Positions 37,067 through 47,961 of a stretch of 47,961 nt of DNA are shown piece after piece. Within the stretch, counting starts at the first letter, position 1, and each line of letters opens with the position of its first letter. The DNA is from Raillietiella orientalis (lineage: Eukaryota), in assembly GCA_036172245.1 (NCBI GenBank), contig JAYWIR010000033.1, forward strand, positions 2,418,001-2,465,961. Direction: 5' to 3'. The notes under the pieces were generated by a model. That model was not told where the DNA came from and did not search any database. It saw only the letters and a list, made by a program, of their open reading frames with translations. A program made the translations under genes and the position numbers.

Positions 37067-38114
37067 CGTCGCTCATTTTTTTTTTTTTTTACAAGGAAAG
37101 GCTATACTGCAACAGTGCTACTCCTTTATTCAACTCGTTATTTGCAAGCAATATATATACATATCCCGAATGCTCCCAGTCGAAAATGTCATCATCAGCA
37201 GTATGCTTGGTCCTCTGCAACCTAGAATGTTCCAGGCACCTGTCCAAATCGTAGCAGCGGCAAGTGAATTGGATTCGAGCTCGTTGCACCGTTGACCCAC
37301 GTGCCACATGTCCATTCATTTTGTGATTTCCGCCTCTCAAGCTGTATGAGTGAGTCCGGGAAATGCCTCGTAGTTTTGGTGGCCGGAGCCTTCCAGCGTA
37401 TGATCGGAAGCACGTGGCAACCATACAAAAGAAAGCCTCTGCGAATGTGCTCCGTCCCAAGGTTGCCCAAGCAAACATGCAAAACAAACGTGTTCCTAGG
37501 GCAAAGCGAGCAGCGTGCTCCGATTCGGAAATGCAAAGGATCGTGTTGTCCGCAGCCAGTAGGTGTTTTTTTCCAGGTTCGCAGAGACGACACTTCTGGA
37601 TGGTTGCGCCGGCTCTATGCGAAAGAATCGGAGAGGGTCCTTACTCCTTCGCTGGGGTAGTAGTGCACCGAAAGCCACTTGGCCCATTGCTAAAATATCG
37701 AGACCGAGGACGACACTGTGTGCATCCTGACACGAAAAGGAGTATTCAGGAGCGCTTAACAGGACACAATATTTAAAATTGAACATGAGGTGGCAAAACG
37801 GCGATTCGTGACCTCCAGCAGACTCCAAGACGACTTGCGTTTGAATTCGTGAACAAGGAGATTGCAAAAGCTATCAACCACTTTTTTCGACTCAACATTC
37901 ACGGGATATCCTGGATGAGCTCTTGCAGTTTTCACCCTGCACCCGAACGACGTCCATGGGTTTTCCTATTAAATACTAAGATACTAAATTTCCAAACCCC
38001 TGCTGGAGCGACCCGCTCCGTTCTTCCACCGCCAACGTTGAAACAACAACTTGCAAACTCAGTTTGTACCAGGCCAGGCGACACTTGCCTCGCACAGACT
38101 CTTTCAGGGACAAT
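37067..38114. other. ~1 kb unassigned insert inside the B-related ORF2
   Basis: ORF2 homology stops at 37066 and resumes at ~38115; flanks caggtggaact and cagctggaact; T15 at 37076-37090. Confidence 0.55.
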
Positions 38115-39340
38115 CAGCTGGAACTGCAATGGAGAATACTATGGAGTGCTTAAGTCGCGGAAAAGGCTCAAACTCTTGTGCCGACCGCGAGAAAAGGCAG
38201 CACCGGGATGAAAACGGCCAAAGGGTCCGTGCACCAGCTGGACGTGCGACAAATCCTAGATCTTGGCACCAAATGGGGCGAGTGGAATTATGCGGCGCAC
38301 AGAGCCTGCTCGCAGCTGCTCAACAATTCAAGAGGCCAGATGTCTGAGCTTATAGGCAATCAAGGACAGTGGGGAAGCACCGATCCCACTTGGAAGCGCA
38401 AGCAGGCACTGGCGAACGCATACCATAATAGTGCCTAGAAGTGAAGAAATTTGGAAAGACGAACTAGTGAAGATCATCTCATGCTTCCTGTGCGTCCCTT
38501 GGGACATCAGAAAGTGGATGTTGCACAGGCCAAAGACGACCATCAGGGACTGAGAGCAGTTTGCAATCAGCGGCGACCTCCCGAAAATGCAACTGTTCCG
38601 TTTCACAAAGATGATGATTGGAAGATTTACCAACAAATATCGAGAGCTCTGAACAAATCAAGAATCAACTGCTGGTGCCTGACCACCAGAGCCAATTTCC
38701 AGCAAGCTACGACGAAGAATCCCGACGAGGAAGACGAGTTCATCCTGGAGACATCCGTAGCCAGCCGCTACGGATGACTCCAGGTGAACCTGCTGGCGGT
38801 TGAAACCACAATCTGGACGAGCGAATTAAGATTCGACACTAAAAATGACCTACATTTGTTTTATCCCGGAGGCATCCTGAGCGGCACGAGGACGAGGCAC
38901 TGCCTCAAGGAACGTGCAACACGAGATGTGCAACACCTGTGTAACCGGGGAAACATCACTTCACGTACTCATCTGTCCAAGGTTGCGCCGGGACTGGGCC
39001 ATGCTGAAGGAGGTGACAGGCCTGCAGAGGATGGACAAGATGGAGATACTGGCAGGGATGTTTGAAAAAACGACAATGTTTCTCGATACAAACCGATGGT
39101 CCGCACTACCGTCGCTCTCTTTATCAAGAGCATCGTGATAAGGAGGGCCAAAATGCGGACAGGAATGAGCCAGGTGCCTGCTAAAGCAATATTAAAAAGA
39201 CTCCTGAAAAGAGAAATTGGGATCAGAAGCTGCGGAGTGATTGCAACTTGGATGTACTGTCACAGATTGCAAAGGATTTCGGAACATTCAGAAAAGTGTA
39301 CATCCTGAAAGTGAAAAATCATTGTGAAAGTGTTAGGATA

Positions 39341-39378
39341 AATAAATTCTCCCCACCACAAGTAGGAAAGGGGAAAAA
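39341..39378 (+). terminator. Family-B 3' terminus: AATAAA plus CCCC...GGGG hairpin (also 14134-14170 and 23766-23802 on -)
   Basis: aataaattctccccaccacaagtaggaaaggggaaaaa compared with aataaacttaccccaccccttgtgggacttggggaaa; the 5' arm is degraded in copy 2. Confidence 0.7.
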
Positions 39379-39379
39379 C

Positions 39380-40690
39380 TACCGCGTTGGGAAGAATGCG
39401 GCTGGTTGCAGCGTCTTTCGAAGCGACGCACCGCCGCTTTTTCCAGCTTTTGTCGTAGGATTTTCAGCCTTCTTTTTGGGAGTGACCAAAGCCCACGGAA
39501 TGCACAACAGAAGAGAAGATACGGTTTTTGCATTCTTGTAATCCCCTTGTCCCACATTTGCACTCTCTTATGGTATAACGGCATTTATTGACCTGATTCC
39601 CTGAGCGAAATTTTCGCTTTCGGTAGATGGTACAGTAACCGCACTCGCGTATCCTCCGTGTCCTTTCTTAATTGACTCCTCTGTCGCACGATTACCGCTG
39701 CGGGGCATAGCAACAGAGTAAGACACTTGAAAAGTCACGTTTCAGCACGGTTATTTCGCGATCTTTCGAAAGCCTGCCTGTTTTTAAGAGGCTGCTGTTT
39801 TCTCTTCTGCTCACTCTTTGGCACATCGGAGCCTAGCAGCCTCCTTCTTTTTGCAATATTCGGACAGCGTCTAAGATCGTGCCTGGACTTCTTGCAAAAA
39901 CAGCACTTCGAAGAAGGGCATTCTTTCCACCGATGCCCTTCCCTGACGAGTTGCTCGCAAGCGCAAGTTTTGTCTACATACCGAAGGTAAACGAACGTGA
40001 ATCCGGAGTTCCGATTGATCTCGTGCGCTAGTTCTGCAGAGATAAGGTAAATCTCCTGCAGCAGCACAAGGTCGAAACATTTTAGAACGGCAGCCATGTC
40101 TCGTCTCCTGCAGACGTCTGCCATGCCGTTGACGGTCCAAACAGCGAGGCGCAGACGACGGGGGAAGGAGACTCCTGGCATTAATGCTGGGAAGATGTCG
40201 GTGTAGGGGAAACCGCCTCTTCCGAGGCGGGTCAGATGGCCATGGGGGATTTGGCCTGTTCAGGCACCTGGAGCATCTGTTCGGCCTCCACTCCCTCCAT
40301 CCCCTCCGTGTCCAAGCGTGGGAGTCTCTCGGGCGACGGGTTCAGAGATTTTTCCACGCTCTTGGCACCCTCGCTTCCAGAAGCCATGTCCACCCCTGGT
40401 CTTCCGAGGTTTTGTGGACTTTCCTTAAGCCTTCCTGCGGGGTGCCGCGGAGATGGAAGCTGCGTTCCTGGCCATCGCCTCAGGGTCGGAAGTTGACAAC
40501 TTTTGGGTAGAGGCTAGACGCCTTACGGCCTAATTGCCGTCCTTGAAAGTGGCCCGCTGCAACGAGGCAGCGAGCTCTTCTGCCGCTCACTCGAGGGCTA
40601 CGTAATCAAGCACGGACTGGCTGAACGAAGACGATGCAGGTTCGCTTCCCCCGTTGACATGGTGATCAGAGTTTTGCTCCTCGGTGGCAG
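39380..40690 (-). mobile_element. Mosaic of ORF1 and ORF1/ORF2-junction remnants
   Basis: ORF 39735-40181 fuses an EN start (AVWTVNG, LLQEI) to ORF1 knuckles (GHRWKECPSSKCCFCKKSRH); 40020-40590 resembles 30270-30841 inverted. Confidence 0.75.
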
Positions 40691-43110
40691 CTTGCCACGA
40701 GAATACGTGTTTTCCTGCGATCCAAAGAGGAATGCTACGAATGCTGTTTCTTCTTATGGGTGGTGACTTTTTACATCGTCGGTGTCCAATGCCAGAAATG
40801 CGTGAAGGCACCGCGATTGAAGTAGGTGCTGGGTTGGCAAGTCCACCTCCGGAGCCTGCAGAAGGGAACAACTTCCCGGAAATTATCCTCACCGTAAGCG
40901 AAGACGTGGAATGCCATGGTGAGCGCGCCGTAGGACGAAGAGTCGGTGGTTGAAGCGGCCTACAGAGCCACTGGATACGATGCTTCGCTTGCATATAAGG
41001 TGGGTCACCTGTTCGATGGACGAACGGCTCGCCCCTTTACAAACGCGCTGAAGGAAATGCACATTAAGGAAAATTTTCAGGACACACCCTTCCTAAGCGG
41101 AAGTTAGCACGTCGAGGTAGGGTAACTCGTGCTGCATGGCGGCAGCACGAGACACCCCCAAGGAAGAAGCTGAGCCGTCCACAAATTAGAGGTCACAAGC
41201 GAGTCGGTTGACCTGTGGTATTTGGAGAAACCACGGTATTGTGGCTACTGCGATGCAGTAGCTCACCTACGAAAGAGGTGCCCGAACATCAAGTGCTACA
41301 TGTGCGGGAAGAAGGGCCACGTCCGTTTTGTGAAAGATGAAAAAATTTTATTCCTACCTATACGCCAGGGCGCCTATCGAGCGGGACGCCTTGCGACGGC
41401 TGCTCCCGGACGGAGCCCTGCAATAGAGGAGCAGGAAAGGCGAAGACTGAACGAGCCATTTACTACCGGTGAAATCATCACCGCGATAAAAAGGCTCAAG
41501 AGGCGGAAGGCAGCCTGCCCGTGAAGTTCCTTCAAAGCTTCGCGGCAGAGATGAACCCTTTGGTACGTAGGTTGACACATCTGATACGGGAAGAAGGCGA
41601 TGTTTCCGCCTCGTTCCGGTCAGCTAGGATGAGGCTCCATCCTAAGGGAGGAGACTTCCGTAAGCTAACCAACTGGCGTCCGATCACTGTCGTGAATACG
41701 GACGTCAAGTTGGTGGCGAAACTGTGGGCTGCGCGGCTCGGAAAGGTAGCCGAATCCGCAATTAGCCCGGAGCAGACATACGCTGTTCCCGGGCGAAGTA
41801 TGGAGGCTAACCTGTTCCTCGCCAGCACATGGTTCCATGCGCAACAAGAAAACAAAGAACGCAAGGGATCTCTCGGCTACCCCAATTTAAGGGTGACCCC
41901 TGGTCAGGGTGTGGACAGCCGGGCGGATAAGGGTGCCCTAGCGATAGCAGTTGATCTTCATAAAGCGTTCGACTGCGTGGACCAGGAGCTCCTCCTGGAG
42001 CTTCTGCATCGCATGGGCTTCCCTCCTACATTAACGGCGTACCTGCGCTCCTGCTGGCGAGCCGCGTTTACAAACATCTGTTTCAGAGGGCAGAACGTGT
42101 ACGGCGTGCCGGTGCTCCGCGGGATTCGGCAGGGCGATAGCCTCAGTCCCTGCTCTTTAGCACCTATTTCGAGTTGGTGCTGAGAGCATACAGGATGACT
42201 TTGGCTGCCTTGCCAAGCTCGTGCCCCGGCACGCCTGCCGTGTCCGCATGTGCCGACGATCTCCTGCTACTGCTCCCAATGTCCGCCCCGGCAACGGCAG
42301 ACGGGATTTCTTCGACCTGCTAAGCCGTGGGACAGGGCTACGGGTCAACAAGGAAAAATCGTCGATGGTGGCAGTTGGAAAAATGCAAGGGAAACGCGCG
42401 GGGAAAGGAAAAATAAATATTCAAGAGATTGGACGAGAACTGCATCCATTACTGCATTCCTCAAAACCGGCTTCGGAGGACAAGGTCCCCGAAATGGTAG
42501 ATGGAGAAGAGGGCTGGAAGATGGTAAAAGCCAGACCTCTTCTCGTGACCGGATCGAAACCGAAATCCGTGCCGCGCATTAAAACTCTCCGTCAGTGCTC
42601 GTTGGCACTAAAACGTATTGTCGTTACCGCCGACGATTCCCAAGGTGAAATGCTTTCCATCGCTGTTCCCGCCGCGATCAATGCGCGCGAAGGCGCAACC
42701 TTTGCTTTTCACTTTTGTTCAGAAACTTTACATCGTCGGTATCCAATGGCAGATGACTTTAGACACCGCAATGGAATTTGGTGCGAGGAGGCCTAGCCCT
42801 TCACAACCTTCAGGGCTGAGAAAATGTGTCTGAGGATCCTCCTCACCCGGGGGGAGTAGCTGGAGCGCTATGGAGGCCACACCAATGTCTTCGCTGAAAA
42901 AGCCGCATATAAGGCTACGGGATACAAGCCGTTGCTTGTGTATAAGGAAGGACCCCTATTTGACGGAAAGACGGGGCGCGCTTTCATCTATGCGATAAGA
43001 GCGCTGAATGTTAGGGAGGAAGACCTTGACAGTCTGACCGTTCGAAGCAGAGCGCAAGAAGTAGAGGTTGCCTGCAAAGGCACCAGCTTGGCTCAGTGCG
43101 GTGATTCACT
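40691..43110 (+). mobile_element. Mosaic of family-A 5'UTR/ORF1 remnants and an RT remnant (~41340-42380)
   Basis: MPEMREGTAIE, KPRYCGYCDAVAH, NWRPIT, DLHKAFD, GIRQGDSLSP; another ORF1 start near 42747. Confidence 0.8.
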
Positions 43111-45585
43111 GGTTGGAGGATGGCAGAAATGCCTGATCCTGCCACTAGGAAATGTGAGGGGGGCGACGGTCGAACGTCACCCGTACCCATGGAGGTGAGG
43201 GCACTAGCCCCTGAAGCTTCATCCCCCGCGCCAGCGAGGGACTACAGCACCGTGGTCGCAGCGCCATCTCCAGCGGCCATGGCCGAGGCCCAGGCCTAAA
43301 AGGCCTATAACTACAATTCCAGCCTGCTGTTTAAGGTAGGCCGGGTATTCGATGATCGTGTGGCACGCTCCTTTAAGCAGGAGCTGCACCGTTTGAATGT
43401 CAACAAGGAGGATCTGTCTGGTCTTTGTATCCGCAGCGGGGGGCAGCATTTCGAGCTGACCTGCAAAGAAGCAGGGTTGGCGCAAAGTCTGCTGCGAACC
43501 CCCGTTAGGATCGAAGGCCGCCAGCTCTTCCCTGTCCCGGTGGACAACTGAATAGTTGTTTACCTCCGCGGAATCACCCTACGGATGTTTCCGAGTGCCG
43601 TCAGGGCTGAATTGAGCAAATTCGGCACCGTGCACGCACTGTGAGCGAAGCCCAACGGACTCCGTACTTATGACGGACATCTAAGCGGGCTCGTTGCTGC
43701 TCGCATCACGGTTGCCAAGGACGTGGGGATACCCCACAAACTGGTTATCGACGGAGACACTGTCGACATCTGGTATCTGGGTAAACCCAAATACTGCGCG
43801 TTCTGTGATGCTACGGAACACGTGAAGAAAAGTTGCTTCAACATCACCTGCCGCAAGTGCAAGGCAATCGAACACACGGAAGAAATGTGCCAGAAAAAGA
43901 CTCCGCGCGCGCTGGCTGCTGCCAAGAGTGGCACGAACGCGAATAAAAAGAAGCCTGGCAAGCCCTGGTTAACGTCCGAAAAACAGGTTGACCCGGAGCC
44001 AGCCGAAAAGGCCGTGCCGAACACCCCGTCTGCGAAAACGCAGGCAACCAAGGCGGAAGGAAAGAAGCCGGACTGGCAAAAGGTCAGCTACAAAAAAGGG
44101 AACTTAAAAAGAAGAATAAAGTCCCTGCAAAACCCGCGAAACCCGCGAGAAAGCAGGGACTGAAAAAACGCACGATCGCACTGGAGCGCCTAACAGACGC
44201 CGAAGTGACATGCGAACAGGCCATTGCCGTGTGCAACAACGCCGACAGCCCCGTCGCTGTGCGAACAGCAGCCGAGGGCTGCGGCGAGGGGGAAAGCCGC
44301 GTTGGCGCGGACTTTGCGAAAGCCGCAGTCGAGCTCGCCGCCGCCGTTCCGCAATTACCGGCAAAGGGAGAGAAGGCCGCTCGACCTCCGGCCGAAAGGA
44401 GGGTGACCGGGACCTCGGACTCGGACTTGGAGGCCGGACACGCACCATCCGTGTCTGCAACCTCATGGAAGACCGGACGGAAAATCCGTAAACCGAGGAG
44501 GATCGTTTCCTCCGAGGAGGGGGAATCTTCCGAAAACGAGGGTGGGGCGAGCGTGGGAGGAATGGACACGAGTCCTGAACTCCAACGTCCGGTCGAGACA
44601 GCCGAAGCAAGCGGAGGGGATCGTCGAGGCGCCCCCCACTGCAGACGAGCAAGAAAGCATCCCGCCCGATGGGGAGGCGGGAGACGCTGCATCACGTTCC
44701 CAGCAGTAATGCCGGGACTCGCCACCTGCTGTCAAATTTGCAGCGTCAGTTGGAACGTGAACAAGCTGTGCGATGACGGCAGGAGACGAGACATAGCTTC
44801 CACCTTACAAGCTTTCGACCTTGTGCTGCTGCAGGAGATCCAAAAGATCTCTGCAGAACATGCCCGGGAGATAGAAAGGATAACAGGTGGTCAGCTAATG
44901 TGGAGATGCGGCCACCGCCTTACGCGCGGGGTCGCTTTCCTCCCGAAGCCTGCCTTACAACGTTCGGTGTGGAAAGTTCGTCTCGATGAGACAGGTCGGG
45001 TCGAGCATATCACCTTCAGGTGGTCTGGCTCGACCGATCTCGTCGTCAGGAACGTGTACGCGCCGAGCGGCAGTCACGCGCGTGTGGCACGGACGGCATT
45101 CTTCCGTGCGTTCCAGCGCGACTGGCTGTCGGAGGGACGCACGCTCACGGCGCACCTGATCGCCGGCGATTTTAATATTCGCCTGCTATCAGGTGCGGCG
45201 AGGACAAAGGCCACCCCGGTTAACGAGATGTGCGCCACGGTGCATGCATCCAACTTGTTAGCCGGGGACGCCGGGATGGAGCGGAGCGTGGACCACGTCT
45301 TCCTCGACGATCACCTGCACTGTCGCATGGGCAGGAGAAGTAAGATACAGTCCGCTGTCTCCGATCATTCCCGTGTGGAATTCGTCATACGCCCGCGCGA
45401 CAGAGGGCCCCCCTCGCAGGCGTGGCGTTAACCAGGGGACTGGCTGACGAAACCAGGCGCAGCGGAACACTTCCGCGCGTACTTGCGAGGTTTCAGCCTG
45501 CAGACGCTCGACGACTGGGACGATTTGAAAGTCTCGGTCCGAGAGTTCTGCAAGCAGTTCCCCTTGGACCGTCTCCTGAAAGGAT
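43111..45585 (+). mobile_element. Family-A LINE 5' half: decayed ORF1 and complete endonuclease domain
   Basis: DIWYLGKPKYCAFCDATEH; EN SWNVN, LLQEI, NVYAPSG, AGDFN, VDHVFLD, SDH at 44709-45431. Confidence 0.9.
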
Positions 45586-47961
45586 TTAATGTTGCCACCC
45601 GAATACGCCCAGGGCGTTTATTAATAAAAACTCTACAATCGCGGTATCAGGCCCCGCTCACGGCCTTATGCACGGGACCCACCGGGACGCCGAAACGCAG
45701 CCCGGCGTGGCACTCCCCGGCAGCGAAAGGGGATGGGGAAAAACAAAAATAAAAACAAAAACGCAAACCAACAAAAGAGGTTGAAGGGCAGGGAAGGGAT
45801 CACTGTTCGCTGAGAGGAGGGCCCAAACGTTGAAGGAAGCCCTCGAGGTCCATCCGTATGTTCTCCAGTTGGGGACAATCAGCAACTCTCCGCAAAAAGC
45901 GTTGGGCATATGGGATGACATCCCTCGCGTGTTGACCCACTACTTCCTTGTTGGTGTCGCTCCATGCCGCCACGATGCCTCGGACGCAGCACAAGGCTGC
46001 AAGGGCTGCGGCTGGTTGCAGGGCGTCCTTCACGAAGAGGGGCCGAAGAACGTCTCTAGGGGAACTGCCCGTAGGGAGACCGAGGGTCCTCCCAAACGGT
46101 TCTCAAAGGGGACGAAGGGCAGCACAGTCCACAATAAGGTGGGACAGCGATTCCCGCTCACCGCACCTGACACACGCAGGATCCACAACTTCTCTTGTCC
46201 AGTGGGAGCGGCGTGCGTTGCAGGGTAAACCCCAATGCAACAACAGCAACGCCGACTCTCTCCACTTAAGTTGCAGGATCCTGGATTCCTGAAGAAGCGG
46301 GGGCCACTTCATCACATCCATAAAGATGGCCAGCAGCTCGCCCCATCTTCTTAGTCCTCGCGGCTGGACGCTCGGGGTCGTGGCGTCCGCCAGTTGACCC
46401 ATGGTCCAGCCGCTCATTCTTATCTCTCGTCCCTCGATGCAGCAGGAGACTTGCCAACTTGGCTTCCGACTGCTGTGAAACGCCCTCCTCAGGAAGGGCA
46501 GCGCCGTAGCCAGGCAGGTTGTGTCTGCCCACGTGCTTCTAGATGGATTCACCAGGAGATTCCTCAGAGTGAAGCGGGCGTAGGGGCTGCATCGGAGACG
46601 ATTCCACGTTACGTGGCTTTTCTGGTTTACCACTGCCCACGTTCCGATGTTCTCCTCCAGCCAGGTGGAGGAGTTGGCGGGGCAGCAAACCATCCGGCTG
46701 TTCTCCATGGCCAACGATGCCATGCGCCCGAGCTGTAGGCCAAATCTTCTGATCTTCCGGCCTGGGCACAGAAGAAAAGACGCGAGTCCCTCGCACCAGG
46801 TCACACGACTGGCGAGGAGACGAGCCGCAATGCACAACGGCGTGCTCCACATCTTCGCTGAGATGGCCAGCGTGCCCCATCGCAGCTGTTTCTCCACGCG
46901 CTTCAGTGTCAGGAGGCTAAGTCCGCCGTCCCGACGAGGAGCGCAAAGGCCCTTCAAAGGGACTCGGGGACTCCCCTTGCCCCAAAAAGCAATGCGGAGG
47001 AGGTCCTTTGTCCTCTTTTTAACTACTCATGGGGCGGGGCGAACAAAAAGCAAGGGGCGAAGAATGGGAGCCTCAAAGGCGTTTCAAACCGGGGCCCGTT
47101 CCTTCAAGTGAAACTTGCCTTCCAGGAACGGGCCGATCGCCGTCTCGACTTTTTGGAGGAAGCTGGACCACGCTTCCGCAGGGGAGCAATCCCCCAACGG
47201 CACACCAAGGTACTTGAAGCACCTCGCTGTGGGGATTCCCAAAGAGACCCAGTCCTGCTGCCCTGCCCACGTCGCAACCACTGGCACCATCGACGACTTC
47301 GCCCTGTTCACCTGCAGTCCGGTCCCGCGGCTGAGCAGGTCGAAGAAATCTCCGACCGCCATCGCCGTGGTGGACATAGGTAACAGGAGCAGAAGATGGT
47401 CGGCATAAACAACTACGGCGGGCGTGCCGGGGCACGAGCTCGGCAGGGGGGCCAAAGTCACCCTGTACGCTCTCAGCACCAACTCAAAGTAGGTGCTAAA
47501 GAGCAGGCGACTGAGACTATCTAACTGCCGTATGCCCCGCCGCACCGGCACGAGATACACCTTTTGACTACTGAAAAGGATCGAAATTATCGCGTTCCGA
47601 CAGCAGGAGCGCAGGTAGGAAATCAAGGAGGGTGGGAAGCCCACGCGACCAATGAGCTCCAAGAGGAGTTCCTGGTCTACACAGACGAACGCCTTATGGA
47701 GATCGACTGCGATCGCTAGGGCTCCTTTCCCCGCCCCGGGTCTCTTCTCAGCCTCGCTGGCGGCCCCAATGTGGGATTGCCGATTTTCCCTCTCCAACTC
47801 TTCTCTCTACTCTGCAGGTGCATCCACGTGCTTGTGAAGAAGAAGTTGACGTCCATACTTCGCCTGGGAACAGCATAGGTCTGCTCCGGGCTATTTATGG
47901 ACTTTGCTACCTGCCCCAAACGCGAAGCCCATAGCCCTGCTAACAACTTGGCGTCGGTGTT
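45586..47961 (-). mobile_element. Family-A LINE 3' half running off the window edge
   Basis: SPEQTYAVP, DLHKAF, GIRQLDSLS, YADH, FKYLGVP, CVRCGERESLSHLIVDC; AATAAA at 45622-45617 and hairpin. Confidence 0.92.

Larger units (their letters stand above)
35770..39378 (+). mobile_element. Divergent family-B-related LINE: ORF1 with three knuckles, internal deletion, ORF2 C-terminus
   Basis: ORF 36086-36736 has CAGCEQFGH, CFQCGQHGH and a degenerate third knuckle. ORF2 pieces RANLWKAVLLPKV, YAAHRA, MVRTTVALFI and LLKREIGIRSCG match family B. AATAAA at 39341. Whether this ORF1 and ORF2 belong to one element is inferred. Confidence 0.75.

Noticed and set aside
39735..40181. Novel endonuclease-zinc knuckle protein (also the 26996-27505 chimera)
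   Set aside because: Chance in-frame fusion of adjacent remnants.
44205..45431. Natural ORF1-endonuclease fusion (also 7734-8678)
   Set aside because: An alternative frame ends IPPDGEAG...SQQ-stop like the 30.6 kb copy, so a decay frameshift explains the fusion.

Overview
This window looks eukaryotic. Bases 1 to ~6.3 kb contain nothing I can identify. From ~6.3 kb to the end it is an almost continuous nest of decayed non-LTR retrotransposons (LINEs) of L1/Tx1-like architecture: ORF1 with CCHC zinc knuckles, and ORF2 with APE endonuclease, reverse transcriptase and a C-terminal zinc finger. Two lineages can be separated: family A, with several subfamilies, and family B. No copy is fully intact. 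One full-length family-A element can be reconstructed (12711-22392). Its ORF1 is split in frame by an antisense family-B insertion with an 8-bp target-site duplication (TSD), and a second, diverged B copy sits at the identical nucleotide of a second ORF1 copy. Other notable patterns: a conserved AATAAA plus GC-rich hairpin 3' end with almost no poly(A); an ATC sequence directly after five of six family-A 3' ends; endonucleases that appear to lack the specificity beta-hairpin; overlapping TAATG/TGATG stop-start junctions; and two non-LINE inserts with apparent TSDs. Most fragment boundaries are approximate and all comparisons were made by eye.
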